Part shown: piece after piece, positions 9,119-15,408 of the stretch
How positions within the stretch are numbered: the stretch's first letter is position 1
Layout of the letters: each line of letters opens with the position of its first letter
IMG/VR virus record: IMGVR_UViG_3300046546_000013
Source of the DNA: an uncultured virus (IMG/VR IMGVR_UViG_3300046546_000013)
Lineage: Duplodnaviria > Heunggongvirae > Uroviricota > Caudoviricetes
Strand: one strand, 5' to 3'
Length of the DNA: 20,000 bases
Notes under the pieces: model-generated
What the model saw: the letters and a program-made list of their open reading frames with translations, nothing else
Told to the model about the DNA's origin: nothing
Databases searched by the model: none
Translations under genes and position numbers: made by a program

Positions 9119-9193
9119 AGTCACTGGTGAGGATTTGAACCTCACAAGTCTTACCTCGTTTTGAGATAGGCAATACCACTCTGCCACAGTGAC
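9119..9193 (-). ncRNA. tRNA-like element (pseudo-tRNA)
   Basis: Minus strand GTCACTG TG GCA GAGTGGTAT TGC C TATCT CAAAACG AGGTA AGACTT GTGAGG TTCAAAT CCTCAC CAGTGAC T. It has an acceptor stem, a D arm with GG and a TTCAAAT T-loop. The anticodon loop is non-canonical and there is no encoded CCA. Confidence 0.7.
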
Positions 9194-9195
9194 AT

Positions 9196-9350
9196 AAAAA
9201 AAGACGGCTAGCGAATGAAGATAAGGAGTGTGTTCAACTCCATTCATAATAGATTTTTTGTCGCCGTCTTAGTTAAATACAGGGCGCTGGGAATAATTTT
9301 CAGAAAGGAGGTCTGCCAACGTATCTTAAAGGAGTGCGCCCTGTTATTTA
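9196..9350 (-). ncRNA. Two large stem-loops displaying anti-Shine-Dalgarno motifs
   Basis: Closing stems are ACAGGGCGC/GCGCCCTGT (9279-9287 with 9336-9344) and AAGACGGC/GCCGTCTT (9201-9208 with 9263-9270, followed by a T-run on the minus strand). They enclose ACCTCCTTTCT, CACTCCTTT and CACTCCTT. Confidence 0.5.
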
Positions 9351-9367
9351 CAATAATTGATAATACT

Positions 9368-9422
9368 ATCTTACTATGGATTATTGTCATTAAACCGCCA
9401 TTATACCGCCAAAAAACCGCCA
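9368..9422 (-). promoter_or_regulatory. ArpU-type activator-dependent late promoter (three direct repeats plus a -10)
   Basis: ACCGCCA at 9394, 9405 and 9416 (11-bp period) right after the arpU stop; -10-like TAAGAT at 9368-9373. Late activators of the RinA/ArpU/Ltr family are known to bind repeats just downstream of their gene, upstream of terS. Confidence 0.7.
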
Positions 9423-9426
9423 TTTT

Positions 9427-9843
9427 TCATCGATAAGCGACAAGCTTGCCACGACGATAACTTTCAGCAAATTCAACCAATGCATCTGATTTCATTCGCT
9501 CAATTTGCCGAACTGAATAGCCCATCTCATCTGCGATCCTTAGATTAGAATACTGATCTTGTAAGCAGAAGCTATAATGAAGTATCTGTCTGCTCGTTAG
9601 TTTCAATGCCATAAGTGCCACGATTATTGCATCTCTTTCTGTTTCTGCATCCAATCTTTGAATAAAAGCATCCTCGGACTTGTTTCCATTACTAGGTGTT
9701 CTAGGCATATCAGTAATAATCGGTGAGCGGACATCGATCTTTGAACGACCTGCAATCCGCTCCAACCGACGGTAGTTCTTCAAAACATATCGTGCATTCT
9801 TTCTCGTTTGAGAGAAATCAACTTCTCTTAGTAATAGCATCAT
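9427..9843 (-). CDS. arpU: ArpU-family late transcriptional activator
   Basis: TRKNARYVLKNYRRLERIAGRSKIDVRSPIITDMPR...sigma region 4-like HTH...ALVEFAESY; located upstream of the packaging module. Confidence 0.9.
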   Translation of the reverse strand: MMLLLREVDFSQTRKNARYVLKNYRRLERIAGRSKIDVRSPIITDMPRTPSNGNKSEDAFIQRLDAETERDAIIVALMALKLTSRQILHYSFCLQDQYSNLRIADEMGYSVRQIERMKSDALVEFAESYRRGKLVAYR

Positions 9844-9942
9844 TGCTCAATCGCCCCTTTGTTTGGTATAATGAAGTTACCTTGGCGGGGACAAAATCAT
9901 TATTTTGGGGGCATTGGGCGATTGCTTAATGCTTTTTATTTT
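9843..9942 (+). ncRNA. Candidate antisense sRNA (promoter to terminator) against the arpU leader
   Basis: TTGCTC-N18-TATAAT with extended TG (9843-9872); terminator GCATTGGGC-GATT-GCTTAATGC-TTTTTATTTT (9911-9942). Confidence 0.55.
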
Positions 9943-9945
9943 GCT

Positions 9946-10182
9946 TTACTTTCGATCTCTTTTAACTGCTCTGTGACGATCACTTCGATGATCAAAGCCA
10001 TCTTGTTCCATAAAATAGCTTCCTCCATAATCTTGCTCCTCTTTATTTATAGGTTGACTTGATTGAAACTTTTCTTTGGCAATGGCTTGTTTCTCCTTTT
10101 CATCTAATTCTTTACCGAAAATTACACTAGCAAATACTGTCGCAAAAAGTGCCACGGCTACCAACACTGCAAAATCCATCAT
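9946..10182 (-). CDS. Hypothetical protein with N-terminal transmembrane segment
   Basis: 78 aa, hydrophobic N-terminus, RBS AGGGGGG, abuts the upstream gene. Confidence 0.6.
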   Translation of the reverse strand: MMDFAVLVAVALFATVFASVIFGKELDEKEKQAIAKEKFQSSQPINKEEQDYGGSYFMEQDGFDHRSDRHRAVKRDRK

Positions 10183-10668
10183 TTACCCCCCTAGCCTAAA
10201 CGAATTTTTTACAGAATTACGGATCTGATTCGCAATACTACTAGAAACATCTATCTCCATTCCGGAACGACTTAACATATTGGCAGAAATACTTGCTCCA
10301 ACTTTTAAACCCATACTCAATTGTCTTCCGGTTATATATGATCTGGCTACCTCATACAATTCACCTCGAGGGACAAAGTTAAACTTATATATTTCAAAAA
10401 AGCGGTCATTACTCATTTGAAAGAAATCTAACGCCAATTTGAATTTTGAGTACCCTTTGTATGTACCGTATTTTTTAACCAAATATACCCCACGATCATC
10501 ATCTGCCTTGATTTTATCTTTTTGATTGTCATTCATTTTTTTACTGGCTTCTGATTCTGAAACATTCTCAACGGACATGATCCATATTTTTTCCAAGCAA
10601 GCCTTCATGACTTCTTCATCGTTCGAATTCATACCATGAAAAGCAATCCGTCCTATTTCTTTTAACAT
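10183..10668 (-). CDS. Hypothetical phage protein
   Basis: 161 aa ORF in operon context with an RBS. Confidence 0.7.
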   Translation of the reverse strand: MLKEIGRIAFHGMNSNDEEVMKACLEKIWIMSVENVSESEASKKMNDNQKDKIKADDDRGVYLVKKYGTYKGYSKFKLALDFFQMSNDRFFEIYKFNFVPRGELYEVARSYITGRQLSMGLKVGASISANMLSRSGMEIDVSSSIANQIRNSVKNSFRLGG

Positions 10669-10673
10669 TTATT

Positions 10674-10874
10674 TCATCCCCCTGCTTCCATCGCATCCCT
10701 GACTAACGGATCGCTGATAATAATCTTGTACTTCATCTGCTCGTGCTGCAGCTGTTCTTGTAACTGCTCAATCTGTTTCTGTTGGTCCACAATTGTATAG
10801 GATAGCCAACTTAGGCCTGCAATCGTTAGCAGTATTGATACAACAGCCAGTACCGTAAAATGATTAACTTTCAT
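10674..10874 (-). CDS. Hypothetical membrane-anchored coiled-coil protein
   Basis: 66 aa, transmembrane helix followed by a Q-rich heptad pattern. Confidence 0.7.
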   Translation of the reverse strand: MKVNHFTVLAVVSILLTIAGLSWLSYTIVDQQKQIEQLQEQLQHEQMKYKIIISDPLVRDAMEAGG

Positions 10875-11388
10875 TGGATTGATCCAACAGTTCTGGATTC
10901 TCGTAGATGTTGCCTAAAATAGTTATATCGCTAGATGTTAAATTAAAATTGTGCAAGAATATTTCTTCTAAATCTTCCGCATCAGGTAAACTCATGGAAA
11001 CAGAAATACCATCAACTTCACTAGGTATAGGTTTGGGAGTGTCGAAATCATACTTGGCATCTTTGATTATCCATGCTGTTCCTGTTTCGTCTTTATCAAC
11101 TACTCCAACCATATGATTTTCTTGGTAATAGCCCATAGGCCACTCTTCCCAAAAGATGTCAATGATGTCACCTCTATAAACGTCCTTTTCCTCATCGTCT
11201 TCGTGTGAATCTGACATATACCCTTTCAAGCCTGTTGATTGCATGACTTCTATATCATAATCATCTTCATTAAGCATCGTATTAAGAGCATCAATCAGAT
11301 TAGTTGTGTATTCAATGTGTCCACAAACTTCTTTACCGTAAATCATTTGTTCTAATTCTTTATGCCAACCTCTAAATTTTGGTACCAT
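10864..11388 (-). CDS. yopX: YopX family protein
   Basis: MVPKFRGW...MQSTGLK...VYRGDII...[12 protein letters not shown] signature. Confidence 0.9.
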   Translation of the reverse strand: MVPKFRGWHKELEQMIYGKEVCGHIEYTTNLIDALNTMLNEDDYDIEVMQSTGLKGYMSDSHEDDEEKDVYRGDIIDIFWEEWPMGYYQENHMVGVVDKDETGTAWIIKDAKYDFDTPKPIPSEVDGISVSMSLPDAEDLEEIFLHNFNLTSSDITILGNIYENPELLDQSNES

Positions 11389-11403
11389 CTTATCCCTCCT
11401 GTT

Positions 11404-11736
11404 TCACTCCTGATCCCAAGTATCGAAAGCTTCGATATCGTCTCCACCACCCACAGGCTCTCCACCCACTGTATAGTAGGTAACTGTATTTTCTTCATAA
11501 CAGTTCTCGCAATATCTGGTTTCTTCGTCCTGCTTAATATATGTGTCTCCAGGTTCCAAATCCTTATCACATGCATTGCAGTACATTTCTATTACTTTCG
11601 TACCAATGTACTTTCGGAACACATCATTACTTTTACGTTTTAATGAGTTTTCAGCTGCTTCTTTCGATGAATACCAACGTCTTTCTACTTCATGATCTTT
11701 GTAGAACGTGGCTACTCCATGTTTAGTTAATTTCAT
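11404..11736 (-). CDS. Hypothetical protein with C-terminal zinc finger (CxxC...CxxC)
   Basis: ATG 11736 with RBS GGAGGT; CNAC...CENC. Confidence 0.7.
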   Translation of the reverse strand: MKLTKHGVATFYKDHEVERRWYSSKEAAENSLKRKSNDVFRKYIGTKVIEMYCNACDKDLEPGDTYIKQDEETRYCENCYEENTVTYYTVGGEPVGGGDDIEAFDTWDQE

Positions 11737-11748
11737 TTTCCTACCTCC

Positions 11749-11776
11749 GTTCATTTATCGCTGACGATTGCGGAAT
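11749..11776 (-). repeat. 28-bp Xer/dif-like site F
   Basis: Minus strand ATTCCGCAATC-GTCAGC-GATAAATGAAC; overlaps the stop codon of the upstream gene and precedes the next RBS. Confidence 0.6.
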
Positions 11777-11918
11777 TAACTTCTTGGCAGGCTATAACGT
11801 ATTTAACTGCTGGATAAGTGTTCATTTCTGCAATAGCACCCTCTGATGTGACAGCTTCAATTTGCATCGTTCCTACTGATCCATCGTGGGAAACGCATGT
11901 TAGTTCAAAGGTTTTCAT
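11751..11918 (-). CDS. Hypothetical small protein (cassette gene)
   Basis: 55 aa, MKTFELTC...; TGATG coupling to the upstream gene. Confidence 0.6.
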   Translation of the reverse strand: MKTFELTCVSHDGSVGTMQIEAVTSEGAIAEMNTYPAVKYVIACQEVNSAIVSDK

Positions 11919-12289
11919 CACTCTTCCTCCTGTTCCTGCGCCCAATCAAGAAACGCTTGGGCAACCACTATGCAATCTTCTTCAGTGACTTCGTCCATTT
12001 CGTCTAACAGAAATGCGATCATCGATAGATGCTCTAATGCATGCAATACTGTTTTAGGTTTAGTGATGTCGTATTGTTTTATAACTTCTTGTAACATTTC
12101 CTGCTGATTCTCGTTGAGTTGCGGTTGCCTATTCAGCTTCTCCAAGTCCGCTAATTCGAGTTCAATAAATGAGATTCTCAAATCTTTCTGGCGTTCAACT
12201 GCAGGGAAGTTGGTTCCTCTAAGCTCCCAAAGTTTTGCTAATTCCTCTTTTCTAGTGGAAATTAATTTTGATAAACTGGTTGCACTCAC
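11918..12289 (-). CDS. Hypothetical protein (cassette gene)
   Basis: Likely start is GTG 12289 (RBS GAGGA). The ORF-track extension to 12541 overlaps another gene. Contains QPQLNENQQ...FLDWAQEQEEE. Confidence 0.65.
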   Translation of the reverse strand: MSATSLSKLISTRKEELAKLWELRGTNFPAVERQKDLRISFIELELADLEKLNRQPQLNENQQEMLQEVIKQYDITKPKTVLHALEHLSMIAFLLDEMDEVTEEDCIVVAQAFLDWAQEQEEE

Positions 12290-12302
12290 GTTCATTCCTC
12301 GC

Positions 12303-12330
12303 TTTCTGCTATTTCGTCGGATAGCTGAAT
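12303..12330 (-). repeat. 28-bp Xer/dif-like site E
   Basis: Minus strand ATTCAGCTATC-CGACGA-AATAGCAGAAA; near-perfect inverted arms (TTCAGCTAT/ATAGCAGAA). Confidence 0.65.
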
Positions 12331-12332
12331 TT

Positions 12333-12695
12333 TTAACACTCATTTTTCTCGATTGCTTCTTTGATAGTCCGACATGGGAAAGTGTTATAACCGTTCTTGT
12401 CATATTTCTTTGTAGAATATTGCGGAACGATATTTCCTTGGTCATTAATAAACACACTAAAATAGTCCGTACCCGAAGGTTTATTGGCTTTTTCAAAATA
12501 GTAAACACCGCATATAGGAATTTCTGATACTTTAAATTCATCAGGATTATAACCTTCTGAAATCAACATATGCCTAACAGCGTGAATATGCGTTTGCTCT
12601 AAACTGGCTGGAAAAGCCAGTATGTTTTCATGAGTCAATGCTTTGCCTTCAAAGTACATGTAGTTATCTATATACTCATTAAATGACTTTTTCAT
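12333..12695 (-). CDS. Hypothetical protein (cassette gene)
   Basis: 120 aa, RBS GAGGTG. Confidence 0.75.
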   Translation of the reverse strand: MKKSFNEYIDNYMYFEGKALTHENILAFPASLEQTHIHAVRHMLISEGYNPDEFKVSEIPICGVYYFEKANKPSGTDYFSVFINDQGNIVPQYSTKKYDKNGYNTFPCRTIKEAIEKNEC

Positions 12696-12698
12696 TAA

Positions 12699-12726
12699 TT
12701 CACCTCTTTAAAATGGATAGCTGCCT
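12699..12726 (-). repeat. Degenerate 28-bp site D (left arm only conserved)
   Basis: Minus strand AGGCAGCTATC-CATTTT-AAAGAGGTGAA; shares CAGCTATCC with site E. Confidence 0.45.
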
Positions 12727-12965
12727 CACACATCATACTCACCAATTATTTGTTCATCAGTTGTCCCAATCAATCCCCAAGCTTTCGCCTGCATTTCATA
12801 ACGATATTTGTTGTCATATAAATATGCCAATCTACTTTGGGCTGCCTTTGTCAGCTCTGGAATATCCAACCCCAGCGATTTCGCCTTGATTAGTTCACTA
12901 GAAATTTCGTTAATCTCGTCTTTATGTGACTGGATAATGTCCATAATGTTGTCTTTGTTAAGCAC
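12726..12965 (-). CDS. Hypothetical protein (cassette gene)
   Basis: 79 aa, GTG start with RBS AAGGAGG. Confidence 0.7.
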   Translation of the reverse strand: MLNKDNIMDIIQSHKDEINEISSELIKAKSLGLDIPELTKAAQSRLAYLYDNKYRYEMQAKAWGLIGTTDEQIIGEYDV

Positions 12966-12981
12966 TGCTACATCCTCCTTC

Positions 12982-13009
12982 AGTTGGTTATTTTGGTGGA
13001 TAGTGGACT
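12982..13009 (-). repeat. 28-bp Xer/dif-like site C
   Basis: Minus strand AGTCCACTATC-CACCAA-AATAACCAACT. Confidence 0.65.
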
Positions 13010-13391
13010 AAGCCTGTGTAATTACAGACCACATATCCTTGACTCTCAAAGCACAAACGCTATAGTAATATCCACCATTTCCATCGTTAGCTTCACACTC
13101 TGCTTTAGCAATCTCATTTTGATTGTGATAGATAATTACATCTGCATAGGAATCATGACCGTCACCGTTGAAAATATCTTGTCCTTTGTCGTGAATTTGT
13201 ATATCTGTAATAACGGCATCTAATTTCACATCTGTAAACGATCCGCCAGCCCAAGCGCAACAATCCTGTTCCGAGCATTCAATTGTAATTTCTGTCCCAT
13301 CTTCCAAAACTAATTTATCGGAATCCCAACTCACAATTTTTTTAAAAACAATTTGTTTCTTTAGTTCTTCTAAAGTATGATATTCAATCAT
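13008..13391 (-). CDS. Hypothetical protein (cassette gene; DCCAW and NGGYY motifs)
   Basis: 127 aa, acidic and beta-rich by composition, RBS AAGGGG. Confidence 0.75.
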   Translation of the reverse strand: MIEYHTLEELKKQIVFKKIVSWDSDKLVLEDGTEITIECSEQDCCAWAGGSFTDVKLDAVITDIQIHDKGQDIFNGDGHDSYADVIIYHNQNEIAKAECEANDGNGGYYYSVCALRVKDMWSVITQA

Positions 13392-13410
13392 TATCTTTTC
13401 CCCTTTTCTT

Positions 13411-13438
13411 AGTTGTGTATTTCTGTCGATAACTTACT
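13411..13438 (-). repeat. 28-bp Xer/dif-like site B
   Basis: Minus strand AGTAAGTTATC-GACAGA-AATACACAACT. Confidence 0.65.
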
Positions 13439-13649
13439 TTAGTTTCACGTCGTCTTCATTTTTTGGAGAGTATTCATACATTTCAAAATCATATTCTCCC
13501 CAGTTTTTTTATTCATACATGTCGTCTTCGAATTCATAACCGCCGTCAACAAGTTGCTGATACATAGCTTGCTTTAGTTTTTTATCATCGTTTGTCATGC
13601 ATAAGATTTCGCCTGCGTCCATATCTACAAGAACTTTTACTGCCTTCAT
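13434..13649 (-). pseudogene. 71-codon cassette gene interrupted by an in-frame TAA
   Basis: RBS GGAGG and ATG 13649 give MKAVKVLVDMDAGEILCMTNDDKKLKQAMYQQLVDGGYEFEDDMYE*KNWGEYDFEMYEYSPKNEDDVKLK*. The internal stop is at 13509-13511. Confidence 0.65.
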
Positions 13650-13665
13650 TTTCTGTTTTCCTCCA

Positions 13666-13693
13666 ATTCCGTTATCTCTTCCGATTCTTAACT
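13666..13693 (-). repeat. 28-bp Xer/dif-like site A (recombinase-proximal)
   Basis: Minus strand AGTTAAGAATC-GGAAGA-GATAACGGAAT; overlaps the recombinase stop codon. Confidence 0.65.
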
Positions 13694-14680
13694 AACAAAT
13701 TTTTGATGCGACAACTTGAGTTCCTCGTCGCCTATCATCGAATATTTCAACGTAGTATCAATTGATTCATGGCCTAAGAAGTTCATCACCAATTCGATTG
13801 GCATCCCGTGTCTTCTTGCCAAGGTCGCTGCAGTCCGTCTGAATCTGTGAGGATGGACATTTGCCACACCTGCTCGATTGCCCAAACGCTTTACTAGCTT
13901 CTGAACTCCTGCTGATGTCATTTCCTTGCCCACTGTTTGCCCAAAGAATAATGGTCCAGTGATATGTGGCACGTCTTTCAGATAGTGGTTCAATGCCATC
14001 TTCGCTTTCGCATTCAGGTATAGTGTTCGCTGTTTATTGCCTTTCCCTATAACAGTGATAGAATCATTTTCTTGATCGTAGTCACGGAAGTTTAGTGATA
14101 CTAATTCTGAAACCCGACATCCAGTACTGAGTAACAATTCGATTACTAGAGCTTCTTTGGAATTTGCTGAGACCGATCGCAACTTTTCAACTTCTAACTC
14201 GCTGAGTTCCTGTTTTCTTCGCTTTGGCACTTTGATATTCTCTACTCTTGCCCCAGGATCTTTTGAAATATATTCTTCATTGCATAACCACTTGAAGAAT
14301 CGAACAATACAACCTCGTTCTCTTGCGAGCGTGCCTTTACTGACCCTATCGATCATTTCCCTGTTTGCAATAAACAAGCGAATGTCGTTCGTAGTAACAT
14401 CGCTGAATGGCTTCCTAACACTTCTCATAAAGAGATTGATTGTCTGCATGTAAAGATTCAAAGTTCCGCTTGAAAGTCCCTGTATCTTCTTAGAAACGAA
14501 GAATTGCTTATATGCTGCAATATCAGAAGTTTCATCGTAAATTACAACTTCATTTTTCTGCTCAACGATCAAATAATTCGCACATTCTACCGTTAGAACA
14601 TCTTTTAGCTTTTTCAATTGATCTCCGCTTAACTGGTCCTGAAGTTCAAGTAATGTCCTATTGATCAATTTTTCTTGCAA
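13688..14680 (-). CDS. XerC/D-like tyrosine recombinase
   Basis: 330 aa, TTG start with RBS GAGGTGG. Full catalytic set is present: R (TGCRVSE), K (GKGNK), HxxR (HPHRFRR), H (LGH), Y (TLKY). N-terminal SAM-like core-binding region. Confidence 0.95.
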   Translation of the reverse strand: MQEKLINRTLLELQDQLSGDQLKKLKDVLTVECANYLIVEQKNEVVIYDETSDIAAYKQFFVSKKIQGLSSGTLNLYMQTINLFMRSVRKPFSDVTTNDIRLFIANREMIDRVSKGTLARERGCIVRFFKWLCNEEYISKDPGARVENIKVPKRRKQELSELEVEKLRSVSANSKEALVIELLLSTGCRVSELVSLNFRDYDQENDSITVIGKGNKQRTLYLNAKAKMALNHYLKDVPHITGPLFFGQTVGKEMTSAGVQKLVKRLGNRAGVANVHPHRFRRTAATLARRHGMPIELVMNFLGHESIDTTLKYSMIGDEELKLSHQKFVS

Positions 14681-14698
14681 GTAAAGACCACCTCGCTT

Positions 14699-14974
14699 CT
14701 AGCAGACTTCGTGGATCTTCTTAAGACTTACTACAGTCACATCGTTAAGATTTCGTTGTATTTCATCATCTTTTTCTTCAATACAGCTGAGGATCCTTAC
14801 TCGTGCTGAATTCTTATAGATTCGACTTACTTGCGCTCTTATCTGACCTGAAAAAGGGCTTCCCGGAGTGCAAATGTAGCTTTCACCAACTTTTACAGAT
14901 CCTTTTTCTTGAACATTTGCTGATTCATATTCTCCAAAATCTTCGAATGGCGCTTTAATGCTTCTGCTTCTCAT
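14699..14974 (-). CDS. Hypothetical phage protein
   Basis: 91 aa, RBS AGGAGG. Confidence 0.7.
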   Translation of the reverse strand: MRSRSIKAPFEDFGEYESANVQEKGSVKVGESYICTPGSPFSGQIRAQVSRIYKNSARVRILSCIEEKDDEIQRNLNDVTVVSLKKIHEVC

Positions 14975-14986
14975 TGATGGTCCCTC

Positions 14987-15394
14987 CTAAAGTGGATTAA
15001 TTGCAATTTCTGTTCTTGGATTTAAGCTATATACTTTCCGGCAGATATTGACAGCGATTTGGCCATCGTCTTTATACAAAATGCCGTTGACCGCATCCGT
15101 CACTGCTTTGAAATAGTTATCGATATCTGGTTTCTTATCGCAATACATAGTCTCTTCTTCTAGCAAAGTCCTGTTTTTCTTCACTTTCAAGATATAGGCT
15201 GGTGGATATACGAAGAAACAAATATCAATCATCACAGGGCCTTTCTCAATTAGCAGCGGCTTTGTAGCCATAGCATGATACTTAACCGCATTTTTATATG
15301 CTTTCATCGCTGATTCCTCATAGGGAGTCTTACGATGCTTGGTGAACCTCGGCCTTGATTGAGGTTTTGGTGTGATCGGTATGACGATTTTCAA
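14987..15394 (-). CDS. rusA: RusA-family Holliday junction resolvase
   Basis: PKPQSRPRF...KKPDIDNYFKAVTDAVNGILYKDDGQI signature. Confidence 0.92.
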   Translation of the reverse strand: MKIVIPITPKPQSRPRFTKHRKTPYEESAMKAYKNAVKYHAMATKPLLIEKGPVMIDICFFVYPPAYILKVKKNRTLLEEETMYCDKKPDIDNYFKAVTDAVNGILYKDDGQIAVNICRKVYSLNPRTEIAINPL

Positions 15395-15408
15395 GCCATC
15401 TGCTCCTT

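Noticed and set aside
9119..9193. Functional tRNA-Phe(AAA)
   Set aside because: The anticodon loop lacks U33 and purine 37 and the T stem is atypical, so it is reported as tRNA-like only.
9215..9436. Plus-strand 73-aa ORF across the late leader
   Set aside because: No convincing RBS; the region is better explained by the promoter repeats and RNA stems on the minus strand.
12290..12541. N-terminal extension of the 207-aa ORF 11918-12541
   Set aside because: It overlaps the 120-aa gene and site E. A good RBS supports a start at about 12289.
11749..13693. CRISPR array or classical integron attC sites
   Set aside because: The repeats are degenerate and separated by whole genes. There are no GTTRRRY/RYYYAAC attC hairpins, and no IntI-specific insertion is evident in the recombinase.
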